DNA from: Bacteroidales bacterium
Lineage (GTDB): Bacteria > Bacteroidota > Bacteroidia > Bacteroidales > WCHB1-69
Length of the DNA stretch: 64,000 nt
Reading direction: 5' to 3'
Assembly: GCA_017994425.1 (NCBI GenBank)
Contig: JAGOKS010000001.1
Span: forward strand, 1,294-65,293
Made by a program: the position numbers and the translations under genes. A model generated the notes under the pieces. That model was not told the DNA's origin, did no database searches, and saw only the letters and a program-made list of their open reading frames with translations. The first letter of the stretch is position 1; every line of letters starts with the position of its first letter. This document shows positions 20,759 through 30,280 of this stretch, in pieces.

Positions 20759-23122
20759 TTATTTAATAAACAATATTTTACCTGCTTTTTTTTCTTTCCC
20801 TGTAATATCAGAAACGAACACAAAATAAACTCCTGAGCTTGCTTTTGTTCCATCAAAGCGAAATCCGTTCCATGTAGCTGTTCCTCCCATAGATTTGGTT
20901 CTATATACCAAGCTTCCGAATGCATCAGTAAATTTAACTTCCGAATTTTCTTTTAATCCTGTAATCGATATGTATCCGGAAAAATTTTCTCTTACTGGAT
21001 TAGGAAAAATTTTAATTTCTTCATAATCATCTTCCCCATCCGTTGCTGTGTAACGAAAAGAAATTAATCCTTTATCTGTTGCAATAAAAATCTCTCCTGT
21101 TCGGCCATCAATATCTATATCTGTAATACAATTCGATAGCAAGGGACTATTATCTGTTGTAAAATGTAATAATTCGGTTTCTCCATCTTCCGAAAGCAAA
21201 AAAACACCGGCATTATCGGTTCCTATCCATTTTCGATTACCTCCATCAACTTTTATACATTTGATTATTTCATAATTTAATAACAATTCCGTAAGACTAT
21301 CCATTTGTACCCGTGGTGCGTAGGGAAGTATCCCCGGATTATTTAATAATTGTGAAGGAGAATAATAAACTTTTATGCCTTTGTTCGTTCCTATCCAAAT
21401 CTTTCCGTCTTTATCTTCAGCCAAGGAATAAATATAATCAAAAGAGCCTTCTGCCTCAGAAAGAGAAGTATTTAATTTAACTAATTGATCGTCGGCTGTA
21501 TTTAAAGGCGTACCGGCAGGATTGAAAATTAAAAGCGATGTTTCTCTATTACCAGTCATCCAAATCCATCCACGACTATCAATCAGCATATTCCCTACAA
21601 TTTCGCCGGACGTATAATAAATATTAAAGGATTGCCATGTGCCGTCATTCATACGTACCAAAAGCGGATTCGTAGATTGTGAATGTAACATCCACAGATT
21701 AAAATTGTTATCAAAAGATAATGCATTAATTTGAACTCTGTTACCATATTTTTCCATTGGAGCGTTAACATCATTATAAATGTTAATCACTTTACCGTCT
21801 TTAATATGCAGCAATCCTGAAATATAAGACGCCACAAACATTTCTTTTGTATTGTTAGGGTTAATTATAATGTCCAAAGCATCATGCGCTTGCTGAGAAC
21901 TAAAAAATAAATCATCATACAAAAGATTATTCCATTTTTCGTTTTCAAACAAGCTGATATTTATTGGCATCCAAAGCGGTACCCAATCGGAATAGGCACC
22001 GGGAACACTTGCTAAAACAGATTGAGAAATATTAATAGACCACACCGCATCTGTTGCTGGTCCTGGCAAAGAATAAGCCATTGATCCATCTGATGTTTGA
22101 CATATTAAACCTTTATTTTTATCAGCAATACAAATATACCCCCATTGATTACAGATTGCATTTGCGGGAAAGAACGATGCACAAGAGTTGTCCATACTTA
22201 AGGTAGCATTTGAATATTTGTAAGCATTTGCTCCCCAACCCCTTGTTATGACTAAACGATTATTGACACTATTGATATTTCGTATTTCCTCAAATCCAAA
22301 AAGACTATCTAAGTCCCACTTCCCATTTTGAAAGACATAAACCAAATCAATAGTTTTTAATACCGTTGTATCTAATGTAAATGAAGAGCTATCTTCATTA
22401 AAAAGTGTATCTATTTGCAAAATGGAGGCATCAGTAACTGTATAAACGTTTTGCTCGAAAGATTCAATGAATGAATAATTTTTTGTTCCTATAGGGCTTT
22501 CTGTTATTTTTCTCCATGAAGAAAATTGAGCTATTGCAACATTATGTAAATCATTTATATAAATCCCTTGAGTAGTAGCGGTAAAAATGGTGTCATTGTT
22601 TATGCACACATCATTAACCGCAAACGTTTGACCATTTACTTGAAAAAACCATGTGTCTTTTATCAATCTATTTTTTAAATCCAGAATTACAATTCCGAAT
22701 CCACATGCCAGATACGCATAATCTCCTTCACAATGAATATTATAGATAGATTTATCCCCGCTTATTTGTTTGTTTGCAATATAAGGAATGTTATATATAT
22801 TACCGTTATTGTACAAATCAATATTTGAATTTAGATAGCAAATAATGAGCGTATTTGTGTTTTTACTTACTTCGATTGTTTGGATACCAATATCATTTAA
22901 TCCTTCAAGGACTCCTAACCGGTGCAATGTTTTGTCTTCAAGATTCATGTAAAATAATGAATTCATGCTTGCCACATAAACTATATCGTTTAAAATTGCA
23001 ATATCCTTACTTTCAGTATAGTTATAATGTGTGCGCCATTCACCTATGGCAATTGGTCCTTGTGAATAAGTAAAAAATGATATAAAAATAAGGATAACAA
23101 TATTAAAAAATTTTAAATTCAT
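20759..23122 (-). CDS. Double beta-propeller protein with T9SS C-terminal domain, PorZ-like
   Basis: 787 aa. Signal peptide, repeated two-component-regulator-propeller motifs (KIWIGTNKGIKVY, RKWIGTDNAGVFLL, IFIATDKGLISF), and the C-terminal domain FPNPVRENF...GVYFVFV...GKILFIK. Size and architecture resemble PorZ. Confidence 0.55.
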   Translation of the reverse strand: MNLKFFNIVILIFISFFTYSQGPIAIGEWRTHYNYTESKDIAILNDIVYVASMNSLFYMNLEDKTLHRLGVLEGLNDIGIQTIEVSKNTNTLIICYLNSNIDLYNNGNIYNIPYIANKQISGDKSIYNIHCEGDYAYLACGFGIVILDLKNRLIKDTWFFQVNGQTFAVNDVCINNDTIFTATTQGIYINDLHNVAIAQFSSWRKITESPIGTKNYSFIESFEQNVYTVTDASILQIDTLFNEDSSSFTLDTTVLKTIDLVYVFQNGKWDLDSLFGFEEIRNINSVNNRLVITRGWGANAYKYSNATLSMDNSCASFFPANAICNQWGYICIADKNKGLICQTSDGSMAYSLPGPATDAVWSINISQSVLASVPGAYSDWVPLWMPINISLFENEKWNNLLYDDLFFSSQQAHDALDIIINPNNTKEMFVASYISGLLHIKDGKVINIYNDVNAPMEKYGNRVQINALSFDNNFNLWMLHSQSTNPLLVRMNDGTWQSFNIYYTSGEIVGNMLIDSRGWIWMTGNRETSLLIFNPAGTPLNTADDQLVKLNTSLSEAEGSFDYIYSLAEDKDGKIWIGTNKGIKVYYSPSQLLNNPGILPYAPRVQMDSLTELLLNYEIIKCIKVDGGNRKWIGTDNAGVFLLSEDGETELLHFTTDNSPLLSNCITDIDIDGRTGEIFIATDKGLISFRYTATDGEDDYEEIKIFPNPVRENFSGYISITGLKENSEVKFTDAFGSLVYRTKSMGGTATWNGFRFDGTKASSGVYFVFVSDITGKEKKAGKILFIK

Positions 23123-23403
23123 ATGGTAGAATTCTTATATATAAACTGTTTTAAATAACTAAAAAAAATAAAATTTATTGTTTATTCCTTCGCTTTGCTG
23201 AAGCAAGTGCGCAATATTTTGTATGAAAAACAAAAAAAATATCATATTTGTATCAATAATTGTTAATTTATTCAGATTTGCTATATTAATTTTCGAACAT
23301 TATAAAAGAAATATTTTGTTGAAATCTGTTTTACAAAACGATAATGTTTTTTACGCGTAATAAAAAACTAGATAAAAATAATTATACATAATAAAAAAAG
23401 TTG

Positions 23404-23411
23404 TACTTTTG
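23404..23411 (+). promoter_or_regulatory. -7 box TAnnTTTG (tacttttg) for tRNA-His
   Basis: The box ends 17 nt before the tRNA 5' end. Confidence 0.6.
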
Positions 23412-23427
23412 CAGTTCAAAAAATCAT

Positions 23428-23502
23428 GGTGGACATAGTTCAGCTGGTTAGAACGTCGGATTGTGGTTCCGAAGGTCGTGGGTTCGAATCCCATTGTCCA
23501 CC
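23428..23502 (+). tRNA. tRNA-His (anticodon GTG)
   Basis: Cloverleaf folded by hand: extra G-1, acceptor gtggaca/tgtccac, anticodon stem tcgga/tccga with loop ttGTGgt, T-arm gtggg-ttcgaat-cccat. CCA is not fully encoded. Confidence 0.9.
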
Positions 23503-23545
23503 CAAATTTTTTTTTATAATTTAATAATTGTATTAAAAAAAAATA

Positions 23546-23553
23546 TACTTTTG
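23546..23553 (+). promoter_or_regulatory. -7 box TAnnTTTG (tacttttg) for rpmE2
   Basis: ~50 nt upstream of the ATG at 23602. Confidence 0.5.
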
Positions 23554-23601
23554 CACAATTTTAATATAGAATAGAAATAATTAAGAATACAGGACGATAA
23601 A

Positions 23602-23868
23602 ATGAAGGCAGAAATTCATCCAAAAGAATATAGATTTGTTGTTTTTAAAGATATATCTAATGATATGGCTTTTCTATGCAAATCTACAGTGAAGACAAAA
23701 GACACCATTGTTTGGGAAGACGGCAAAGAATATCCTTTAGTTAAATTGGAAATATCCAATACATCACACCCATTTTTCACCGGAAAAATGAAACTTGTGG
23801 ATACTGCAGGACGTGTAGACAAATATTTAAATAAATATAAAGCCCGTTTTGATAAAGAGAAAAAGTAG
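23602..23868 (+). CDS. rpmE2: 50S ribosomal protein L31, type B
   Basis: 88 aa. [10 protein letters not shown] start and HPFFTGK motif; it lacks the CxxC zinc pair, as in type B. Confidence 0.9.
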   Translation: MKAEIHPKEYRFVVFKDISNDMAFLCKSTVKTKDTIVWEDGKEYPLVKLEISNTSHPFFTGKMKLVDTAGRVDKYLNKYKARFDKEKK

Positions 23869-23888
23869 TAGTTTTTTTTCATAGTTTT

Positions 23889-23920
23889 CAGGGGTTCTCT
23901 TCGGAGAACCCCTGTTTTTT
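23889..23920 (+). terminator. Rho-independent terminator
   Basis: caggggttctc-ttcg-gagaacccctg followed by tttttt. Confidence 0.8.
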
Positions 23921-23935
23921 ATGCTGTAACAATAT

Positions 23936-23965
23936 AAAAAGGAGATATTAAAATCTCCTTTTTAT
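23936..23965. terminator. Bidirectional hairpin terminator
   Basis: aaaaaggagat-attaaa-atctccttttt between convergent rpmE2 and the DUF1573 gene. Confidence 0.55.
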
Positions 23966-23994
23966 AAATATTGATTAAACGTTATAAACGACCT

Positions 23995-24396
23995 CTATTT
24001 TGGTATAACAACACCTTCAATTTTAATATCTTCTGTCTTATTTTTAGCATTCGTATAAACAGTTATGTTTTTACTAAAAAATCCTTCTCCTTCAGTAGCG
24101 TTATAAGATATTTTTATTGTTCCTGATTTTCCCGGCAAAAAAGGTTCTTTTGGATAGTCAACTTCAGTACAGCCACAAGAAGTATAAATACTTGAAATAA
24201 TCAAAGGCTTATCACCCGTATTTGTAAAAATTACGTTCATTGTTTTAGTTGTTCCTACTTTAATTTCTCCAAAATTGATGAGTGATTTGGATATCGTAAA
24301 ATATGACTTTGGTTTTTCCGCATTGGATTGTGCTATACCTGAATTCATCCATAAACAAAGAAAACTAATTGATAATAAATGCAAATGTTTTATCAT
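23995..24396 (-). CDS. DUF1573 domain protein
   Basis: 133 aa. Signal peptide and hallmark FTNTGDKPLIISSIYTSCGCT. Confidence 0.8.
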   Translation of the reverse strand: MIKHLHLLSISFLCLWMNSGIAQSNAEKPKSYFTISKSLINFGEIKVGTTKTMNVIFTNTGDKPLIISSIYTSCGCTEVDYPKEPFLPGKSGTIKISYNATEGEGFFSKNITVYTNAKNKTEDIKIEGVVIPK

Positions 24397-24453
24397 TATA
24401 GTATATTTTTAATAGTCTATATATATCAAAAATAAAGCCAAAATATAAAACGA

Positions 24454-25689
24454 TTATTTGTCTTCTGGTTTAACCTTTTCAAAATGATATCCAAAAGTAG
24501 GTAAGAAAGGATTTCCTAAAATATTTTTCAAAAAATCTATATATGTATCTGTAAAGGTAAACTCGTTGGTATTATAATAAATATCTTGTAAAGGTTGATT
24601 TCCGATAGATCCCATATCAATGCTTGATGTATTGTATTCTTCTAATTCTTCTTTTTTAACAATTTTATTCATTACGGGCATTTTACCATAATCTTCACGT
24701 AACAATAAATCCAACACTTTATCAGCAAGCGTAGAAGTAAGCATGGCATCATATTTACAACATTCTCCTGACCGTGGATAATAACCTGATATTTGTGAGC
24801 GAGCAGAAATTCCCAATCTATTTGAAATTTCTGATGCGATAACACCACTAACACCACCGAAGCGTTTATGTCCGTATTCATCCGTTTCAGCACTTGCATA
24901 TACCATATTTAATTGCTTACATGTATCGTCCCACCATCTTACTCCTTCAGATACGGCAATGATTAAGTTTTTCTTTTCATTATATTTTTTCTTAACCATT
25001 TCAAAAAAAAGTTCTTTATTCTCCTTTGTCATTTGATGTTCCGGTATTAAGGATAATTCAGCGCCACCAAAAACAGCACTTCCTGTTAACCATCCTGCAT
25101 CTCGTCCCATTACTTCTACCACCATAATGCGTTGATGTGATTCGTTAGTAGATCGCAAATGACGCACCATCTCACTAACTCTTAATGCTCCTGAAGGAAA
25201 GCCAGGACAAAGTACCGCTTCTATCGCTTTATTTTGGAATGTATGAATAGTTCTTGTACGTAAATCATTATCGATCGTTTTTGGAAAACCTATTACCGGA
25301 ATTCCTTCTTGTTCATACAATCGTTTAGCTGCACCGTTGGTATCATCACCTCCAATGGTAATCAAAACATCAATTTTATATCTTTTTAAATTATTAATAA
25401 TTTGAGGAATTCTTGATTCAGGATTGTTCTTTGTTGGGAATGGATTGGTTCTACTGGATAAAAGTGCAGTTCCTCCATAGATACCGTTATACGGTTGATT
25501 GGTCAAATCTACAATATCGCCATCGCCTAATAATCCTTTCCAGCCGGCACGAATTCCATACACTTTATAACCTAGAATTAATGCTCTGTTTCTGATATGT
25601 TCGATACTTGAATTTATAGCAGGAGTATCGCCTCCTCCCGATAAAATAGCTAAAACTTTGCCTTTGAAAATTTTTTCTGCACGTTGCAT
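24454..25689 (-). CDS. pfp: 6-phosphofructokinase family, probably PPi-dependent
   Basis: 411 aa. ILSGGGDTPAINS, TIGGDDTNGAA (Asp where ATP-dependent enzymes have GGDGS) and PKTIDND. Confidence 0.7.
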   Translation of the reverse strand: MQRAEKIFKGKVLAILSGGGDTPAINSSIEHIRNRALILGYKVYGIRAGWKGLLGDGDIVDLTNQPYNGIYGGTALLSSRTNPFPTKNNPESRIPQIINNLKRYKIDVLITIGGDDTNGAAKRLYEQEGIPVIGFPKTIDNDLRTRTIHTFQNKAIEAVLCPGFPSGALRVSEMVRHLRSTNESHQRIMVVEVMGRDAGWLTGSAVFGGAELSLIPEHQMTKENKELFFEMVKKKYNEKKNLIIAVSEGVRWWDDTCKQLNMVYASAETDEYGHKRFGGVSGVIASEISNRLGISARSQISGYYPRSGECCKYDAMLTSTLADKVLDLLLREDYGKMPVMNKIVKKEELEEYNTSSIDMGSIGNQPLQDIYYNTNEFTFTDTYIDFLKNILGNPFLPTFGYHFEKVKPEDK

Positions 25690-25949
25690 AGTAACTTATT
25701 TTTATATTCTACAAAATTAGTATAAATTTTAATAAGAAAAGCAATTTAACTCCCAAATAGCATTAAAATTCTTCAGATTCTAAAATCGACCTGATAGATA
25801 ATTCATTATATAAATTATCACAAACAATCAAAAAAATGCAAATAGTATACATTTGCTATTGATTTTTATTATAATTTTGAAAAATATTAGATGCAGTAAT
25901 ATTTTTACTGCGTTTTAGAACATTAGTATTTATAAAACAGGAGGTTATT

Positions 25950-26348
25950 ATGAATGAAATAAAAGGATCTCTACGATATTCGGATGAGGAATTGCAAGAA
26001 TTTAAAGAATTAATTCTCGAAAAACTGGAGCAAGCCAAGCAAGATATGAAAATGTATGTTGACGCCCTTAGTGGAACTACCGGGAATGACATTGCCGATA
26101 CTTCTCCCACCTTTAAAGTTTTAGAAGAAGGGCAGCAAACATTGTTTAAAGAAGAAACAGGAAGACTCGCCTCCAGACTTGAAAAATATATAAGTAATTT
26201 AGAAGCCGCATTAATACGTATCGAAAACAAAACGTATGGTATTTGTAGAGAAAGCGGAGAATTAATCCCAAAAGAAAGATTAAAAATCGTACCCCATGCT
26301 ACTTTATCTTACGACGCAAAGATTAATGAAAAAAAAAGTAATAAGTGA
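25950..26348 (+). CDS. DksA/TraR family protein (degenerate zinc finger)
   Basis: 132 aa. Coiled-coil N-terminus and C-terminal YGICRESGELIPKERLKIVPHATL. It is immediately upstream of and overlapping lspA. Confidence 0.7.
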   Translation: MNEIKGSLRYSDEELQEFKELILEKLEQAKQDMKMYVDALSGTTGNDIADTSPTFKVLEEGQQTLFKEETGRLASRLEKYISNLEAALIRIENKTYGICRESGELIPKERLKIVPHATLSYDAKINEKKSNK

Positions 26349-26953
26349 AACGAAAATCATTAATTGCTGTTAGTATCATAGTATTCATTTTACTTGCCGA
26401 TCAGGTACTGAAATTTTGGATAAAAACTTCTTTTATATTAGGCGAAGAAATTGCTGTTTTTGGCTCTTGGTTTAAAATTCATTTTATTGAAAATGAAGGA
26501 ATGGCTTTTGGTATTGTTTTCTTTGGAGGCTATTGGGGAAAATTATTATTAACCTTATTTAGAATCATAGCTTCCGGATGCATTATCTGGTTAATATATA
26601 AAATGATAAAATCGTATGTTTCTATGGGTCTTCTTATATGCATGTCACTGATAGCAGCAGGAGCCATTGGAAATATAATTGATTGCGTTTTTTATGGAAG
26701 AATTTTCTCTGAAAGTAATTACTTTTCCCCACCCGCCGAATTTTTGCCCACTTCAGGAGGATACGCTCCCTTTATGCAGGGGAAAGTAGTCGATATGCTT
26801 CAAATTGATTTATTTACTATAGGAAACTTCAACTTCTTCCCCGCTATTTTTAATATTGCAGATGCCAGCATCACTATAGGACTCTTTGTGATGATATTAT
26901 TTTTCTATAAAACATTATCTTCTTTTATTTCTACTTTTGAAAAAAAAGAATAA
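26345..26953 (+). CDS. lspA: Lipoprotein signal peptidase II
   Basis: 202 aa with a GTG start, four TM segments, and GNIIDC and FNIADASI motifs. Confidence 0.9.
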   Translation: MKRKSLIAVSIIVFILLADQVLKFWIKTSFILGEEIAVFGSWFKIHFIENEGMAFGIVFFGGYWGKLLLTLFRIIASGCIIWLIYKMIKSYVSMGLLICMSLIAAGAIGNIIDCVFYGRIFSESNYFSPPAEFLPTSGGYAPFMQGKVVDMLQIDLFTIGNFNFFPAIFNIADASITIGLFVMILFFYKTLSSFISTFEKKE

Positions 26954-27303
26954 AACTAAGCCCCATTTTATTTTCATTTAAAAACATTTTCAAATTCTGA
27001 TTTGATGCATTTTCTACTAACCAATTGTATTACACAGAGAGATACAAATTATAGAATCTTTTTAAAATGATGAATTTTCATACTATTTGACGCAAAAAAA
27101 AGCCATTTATATATTTTTTTTTACAAATTATTTTTTTAATAAAAAAACTTATATATCTGTTTATTAAGATTATAAGTAATTTCGTATTTTTTTTAGAATC
27201 AGCCTATTACAAATAAATATTTTTTTTCTATCTGTCATTCTGCGTTTTATAAAATATTTAAAAAAAAAAATTAAATTAATGTTTTTGATATTTAAAATAA
27301 TTT

Positions 27304-27311
27304 TATCTTTG
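27304..27311 (+). promoter_or_regulatory. -7 box TAnnTTTG (tatctttg) for HU gene
   Basis: ~50 nt upstream of the ATG at 27362. Confidence 0.45.
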
Positions 27312-27361
27312 CCAACAAGAAACAAAAAAATAATTAATTCATCATTAAAAACAATTGTAAC

Positions 27362-27646
27362 ATGACAAAAGCAGAAGTAGTAGCTGAAATAGCTAACAAA
27401 ACTGGCATTGAAAAAGTAGCCGTTCAAGAAGTAGTTGAAACATTTATGTCAACTGTAAAAAACTCTTTATTAAAGAAAGACAATGTGTATTTAAGAGGCT
27501 TTGGCAGCTTTGTAGTAAAAGAAAGAGCTCAAAAAACCGGTAGAAATATTTCAAAGAATACAACTATCGTTATACCCGCTCACAAAATTCCTGCATTTAA
27601 ACCTGCAAAATCTTTTACAAGTACAATTAAAACCAAATTAAAATAA
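27362..27646 (+). CDS. hup: HU family DNA-binding protein
   Basis: 94 aa. LRGFGSFVVKERAQKTGRNISKNTTIVIPAHKIPAFKP is the HU arm motif. Confidence 0.9.
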   Translation: MTKAEVVAEIANKTGIEKVAVQEVVETFMSTVKNSLLKKDNVYLRGFGSFVVKERAQKTGRNISKNTTIVIPAHKIPAFKPAKSFTSTIKTKLK

Positions 27647-27662
27647 ATAAAGAGTAGCAACT

Positions 27663-27752
27663 ATGCCAAGCGGAAAGAAAAGAAAGAGACACAAGATGGC
27701 AACTCACAAAAAGAAAAAACGTCTACGAAAAAATAGACATAAGAAGAAATAA
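27663..27752 (+). CDS. 29-aa highly basic peptide, bS22 (AURKAIP1/COX24-like) ribosomal protein candidate; below the ORF-track size cutoff
   Basis: ATG at 27663, TAA at 27750-27752. The translation is MPSGKKRKRHKMATHKKKKRLRKNRHKKK. It sits between hup and rng in the same orientation. Confidence 0.5.
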   Translation: MPSGKKRKRHKMATHKKKKRLRKNRHKKK

Positions 27753-27856
27753 TCTTTTTGTGAAAAATTACCTTTATGAAATTAAACTACATATTCATAA
27801 TCTTGAATATGTAGTTTGATTTTGTATATAAACATCATTTGTAGTTTTTTATAAGA

Positions 27857-29443
27857 ATGCAGGAAAAAGAAACTCACAAAAAATTATTTGTTAATATTTC
27901 TGATTCCAATATAGAAATTGCCTTACTTGAAGATAGTAATCTTGTTGAATTTACGCGAGAAATTGTAAATAACGAGTTTACTGTAGGAGACATTTATGTT
28001 GGGCGTGTTAAGAAAATTTTACCCGGATTAAATGCGGCATTTATTGATATAGGGCATCCTAAAGATGCCTTTTTGCATTATTTAGATTTAGGAGTTAAAA
28101 TTAATACTATAAACAAATTTGTAAAAAACCGTTTACAAAATCATCCAAAATACAATAATCTGGATGCATTATCTTTTGAAAATGAAATTTCGAAAAATGG
28201 AAACATTAAAGATGTGCTAACTGTTAACCAGTTAGTACTAGTTCAAATCATTAAAGAATCTATCTCTACCAAAGGACCAAGGGTCTCGGGGGAAATATCT
28301 TTAGCTGGAAGATTTTTCGTGCTTATTCCTTTTTCGAATCAAATTATGGTTTCGCAAAAAATAAAAGATGATAAAGAAAAAAATCGTTTAAAAGAAATCA
28401 TTAAAAAATATAAGCCAAGAAATATAGGGGTAATTATCAGAACTGTTTCCGAGAATCAAGGCGAAGAAGAATTGCGCGTTGATATGGAAAACCTCATGGA
28501 CCGATGGAATAAAGCAGTTTTAAATATCAATGGTATTAAATTTCCTAAAAAAGTCGTCAGTGAATATAATCGCATAACTTCCATGTTACGCGATCTATTA
28601 AACGACAGCTTTGAAGCTATTTATATCAATGATAGTTATAGTTATAATGAAATTCGATCCTTTATTCAAGTCATCGCTCCTGAACGTGTAGACATTGTTA
28701 AATTACATCAAAAAAATATCCCTTTATTTGAATATTATGGAATAGATAAACAGATACGAAGCGGTTTTGGAAAAATTGTAGCTATTAAATCCGGCATTTA
28801 TCTGGTTATTGAACATACAGAAGCGCTACATGTGATTGATGTAAATAGCGGACATCGCATGGATGCAGGTAAAACACAAGAAGAAAATGTTTTACATGTG
28901 AATATGGAAGCTGCTATCGAGATAGCTCGACAACTGCGTTTACGAGATATCGGAGGAATTATTGTTATTGATTTTATAGACATGCATACCTCAGAAAATC
29001 AAAAAATTCTTTATAATACACTTAAAGAAGAAATGAAAAAGGACAGGGCATGTCATACAATTCTACCCCCCAATAAATTTGGATTGGTTCAATTAACCCG
29101 ACAAAGAGTCAGACCTTCAACCGATATTGAAGTAAAAGAAAAATGCCCCTCCTGCCAGGGAACAGGAAAAATAAAACCTCCCCTACTCTTTATTGATGAA
29201 ATTGAAAGTAATCTTCAATTTTTAGTTGAAAAACAACAAGAAAAAGAGTTAAACCTTATTGTACATCCTTTCCTTTATGCCTATTTAACCAAAGGTTTTT
29301 TTAATATAAAGCGTAAATGGAAAAAGAAATATAAATGTCATTTAACAATTAATTACGATGCCTCTTATAATTTTCTGGAATATCGTTTTTTTAACGATAC
29401 TTTAGGTGAAATAAACATGTGGACATATGTATATAATAAATAA
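27857..29443 (+). CDS. rng: Ribonuclease E/G family (RNase G)
   Basis: 528 aa. N-terminal S1 domain (GDIYVGRVKKILPGLNAAFIDIG), a catalytic core with HVIDVNSG, and a zinc-link CPSCQGTG. Confidence 0.9.
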   Translation: MQEKETHKKLFVNISDSNIEIALLEDSNLVEFTREIVNNEFTVGDIYVGRVKKILPGLNAAFIDIGHPKDAFLHYLDLGVKINTINKFVKNRLQNHPKYNNLDALSFENEISKNGNIKDVLTVNQLVLVQIIKESISTKGPRVSGEISLAGRFFVLIPFSNQIMVSQKIKDDKEKNRLKEIIKKYKPRNIGVIIRTVSENQGEEELRVDMENLMDRWNKAVLNINGIKFPKKVVSEYNRITSMLRDLLNDSFEAIYINDSYSYNEIRSFIQVIAPERVDIVKLHQKNIPLFEYYGIDKQIRSGFGKIVAIKSGIYLVIEHTEALHVIDVNSGHRMDAGKTQEENVLHVNMEAAIEIARQLRLRDIGGIIVIDFIDMHTSENQKILYNTLKEEMKKDRACHTILPPNKFGLVQLTRQRVRPSTDIEVKEKCPSCQGTGKIKPPLLFIDEIESNLQFLVEKQQEKELNLIVHPFLYAYLTKGFFNIKRKWKKKYKCHLTINYDASYNFLEYRFFNDTLGEINMWTYVYNK

Positions 29444-29456
29444 GGAAGCGTTTAGA

Positions 29457-30263
29457 TTAATGATTGCCTTTTATTTTTAATTTCTTCCACATATTACGTT
29501 TTATTCTTTGAATAACAAAGGGTGGAACAAGCAACACAAAACACACACTAACTTTAGCCAGAAATCCCGGAATATATAAAAATTGCTTTTTAAACATAGC
29601 AGAGAGACTCTTTTTCGCTAAGGCATGCGGACACATCATTACTCCTGTTTTTAGAGCTAAACTTCTATGCTTTTCACTCAAATTATATAAATCGGTATCA
29701 ATAGCACTTGGACAAACAACGCTTATATTTACATGATAATCTTTCATTTCATAACGCAGTGAGCGAGCAAATTTCTTTAAATACCCTTTAGTCGCACCAT
29801 AAAGTGAAATCCCGGGATAGGACATCCAAGCCGTTATGGAAGATATAAATAGGATATGCCCTGATTGTTTTTGTCGCATATAATTTGAAAAGTAAGTAGA
29901 TAATAAACTAGGAGTCAAAACATGTAAGCTTATTATTTTTCTCACTGATTCAGGGGAAGTATCGGGTATTTCCTTAAAAAAAAACATTCCTGCATTGTTG
30001 ATAAGAATATCTACATCTAATTGTTGTTCTATGCAAAAATTAAAAAGTATTTGCGCCGATTCAGGTTGTGTTAAATCGATAAAAAAAGGTATCGCTTGGA
30101 TATGAAATTCTTGTGCAAGTGTATTACAGACTTCTTTATTTTTTAAATCTTCATTACTTACTATTATCAGATTATATTTTTTTTTCGCTAATTCGCGAGC
30201 GAATTGATAGCCGATACCGGAACTCCCTCCGGTGATTAAAGCATACGAGCTTAGATTATTCAT
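29457..30263 (-). CDS. SDR family oxidoreductase
   Basis: 268 aa. ITGGSSGIGY, NNAG and YGATK motifs. Confidence 0.85.
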   Translation of the reverse strand: MNNLSSYALITGGSSGIGYQFARELAKKKYNLIIVSNEDLKNKEVCNTLAQEFHIQAIPFFIDLTQPESAQILFNFCIEQQLDVDILINNAGMFFFKEIPDTSPESVRKIISLHVLTPSLLSTYFSNYMRQKQSGHILFISSITAWMSYPGISLYGATKGYLKKFARSLRYEMKDYHVNISVVCPSAIDTDLYNLSEKHRSLALKTGVMMCPHALAKKSLSAMFKKQFLYIPGFLAKVSVCFVLLVPPFVIQRIKRNMWKKLKIKGNH

Positions 30264-30280
30264 AGTATAAAAAATATTGG

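Noticed and set aside
20755-20925. N-terminal 57-codon extension of the fumC ORF
   Set aside because: It overlaps the 3' end of the upstream propeller gene. The canonical FumC N-terminus MKKRIELDSMGEV begins at 20754.
23616-23882. 88-aa minus-strand ORF mirroring rpmE2
   Set aside because: It is an exact antisense shadow of the ribosomal protein L31 gene.
25856-26230. 124-aa minus-strand ORF opposite the DksA/TraR-like gene
   Set aside because: It is an antisense shadow of a gene with a recognisable family C-terminus that is coupled to lspA.
27170-27427. 85-aa minus-strand ORF upstream of and overlapping the HU gene
   Set aside because: It is an extremely AT-rich F/I/K/N-rich translation of a promoter region and overlaps the HU start.
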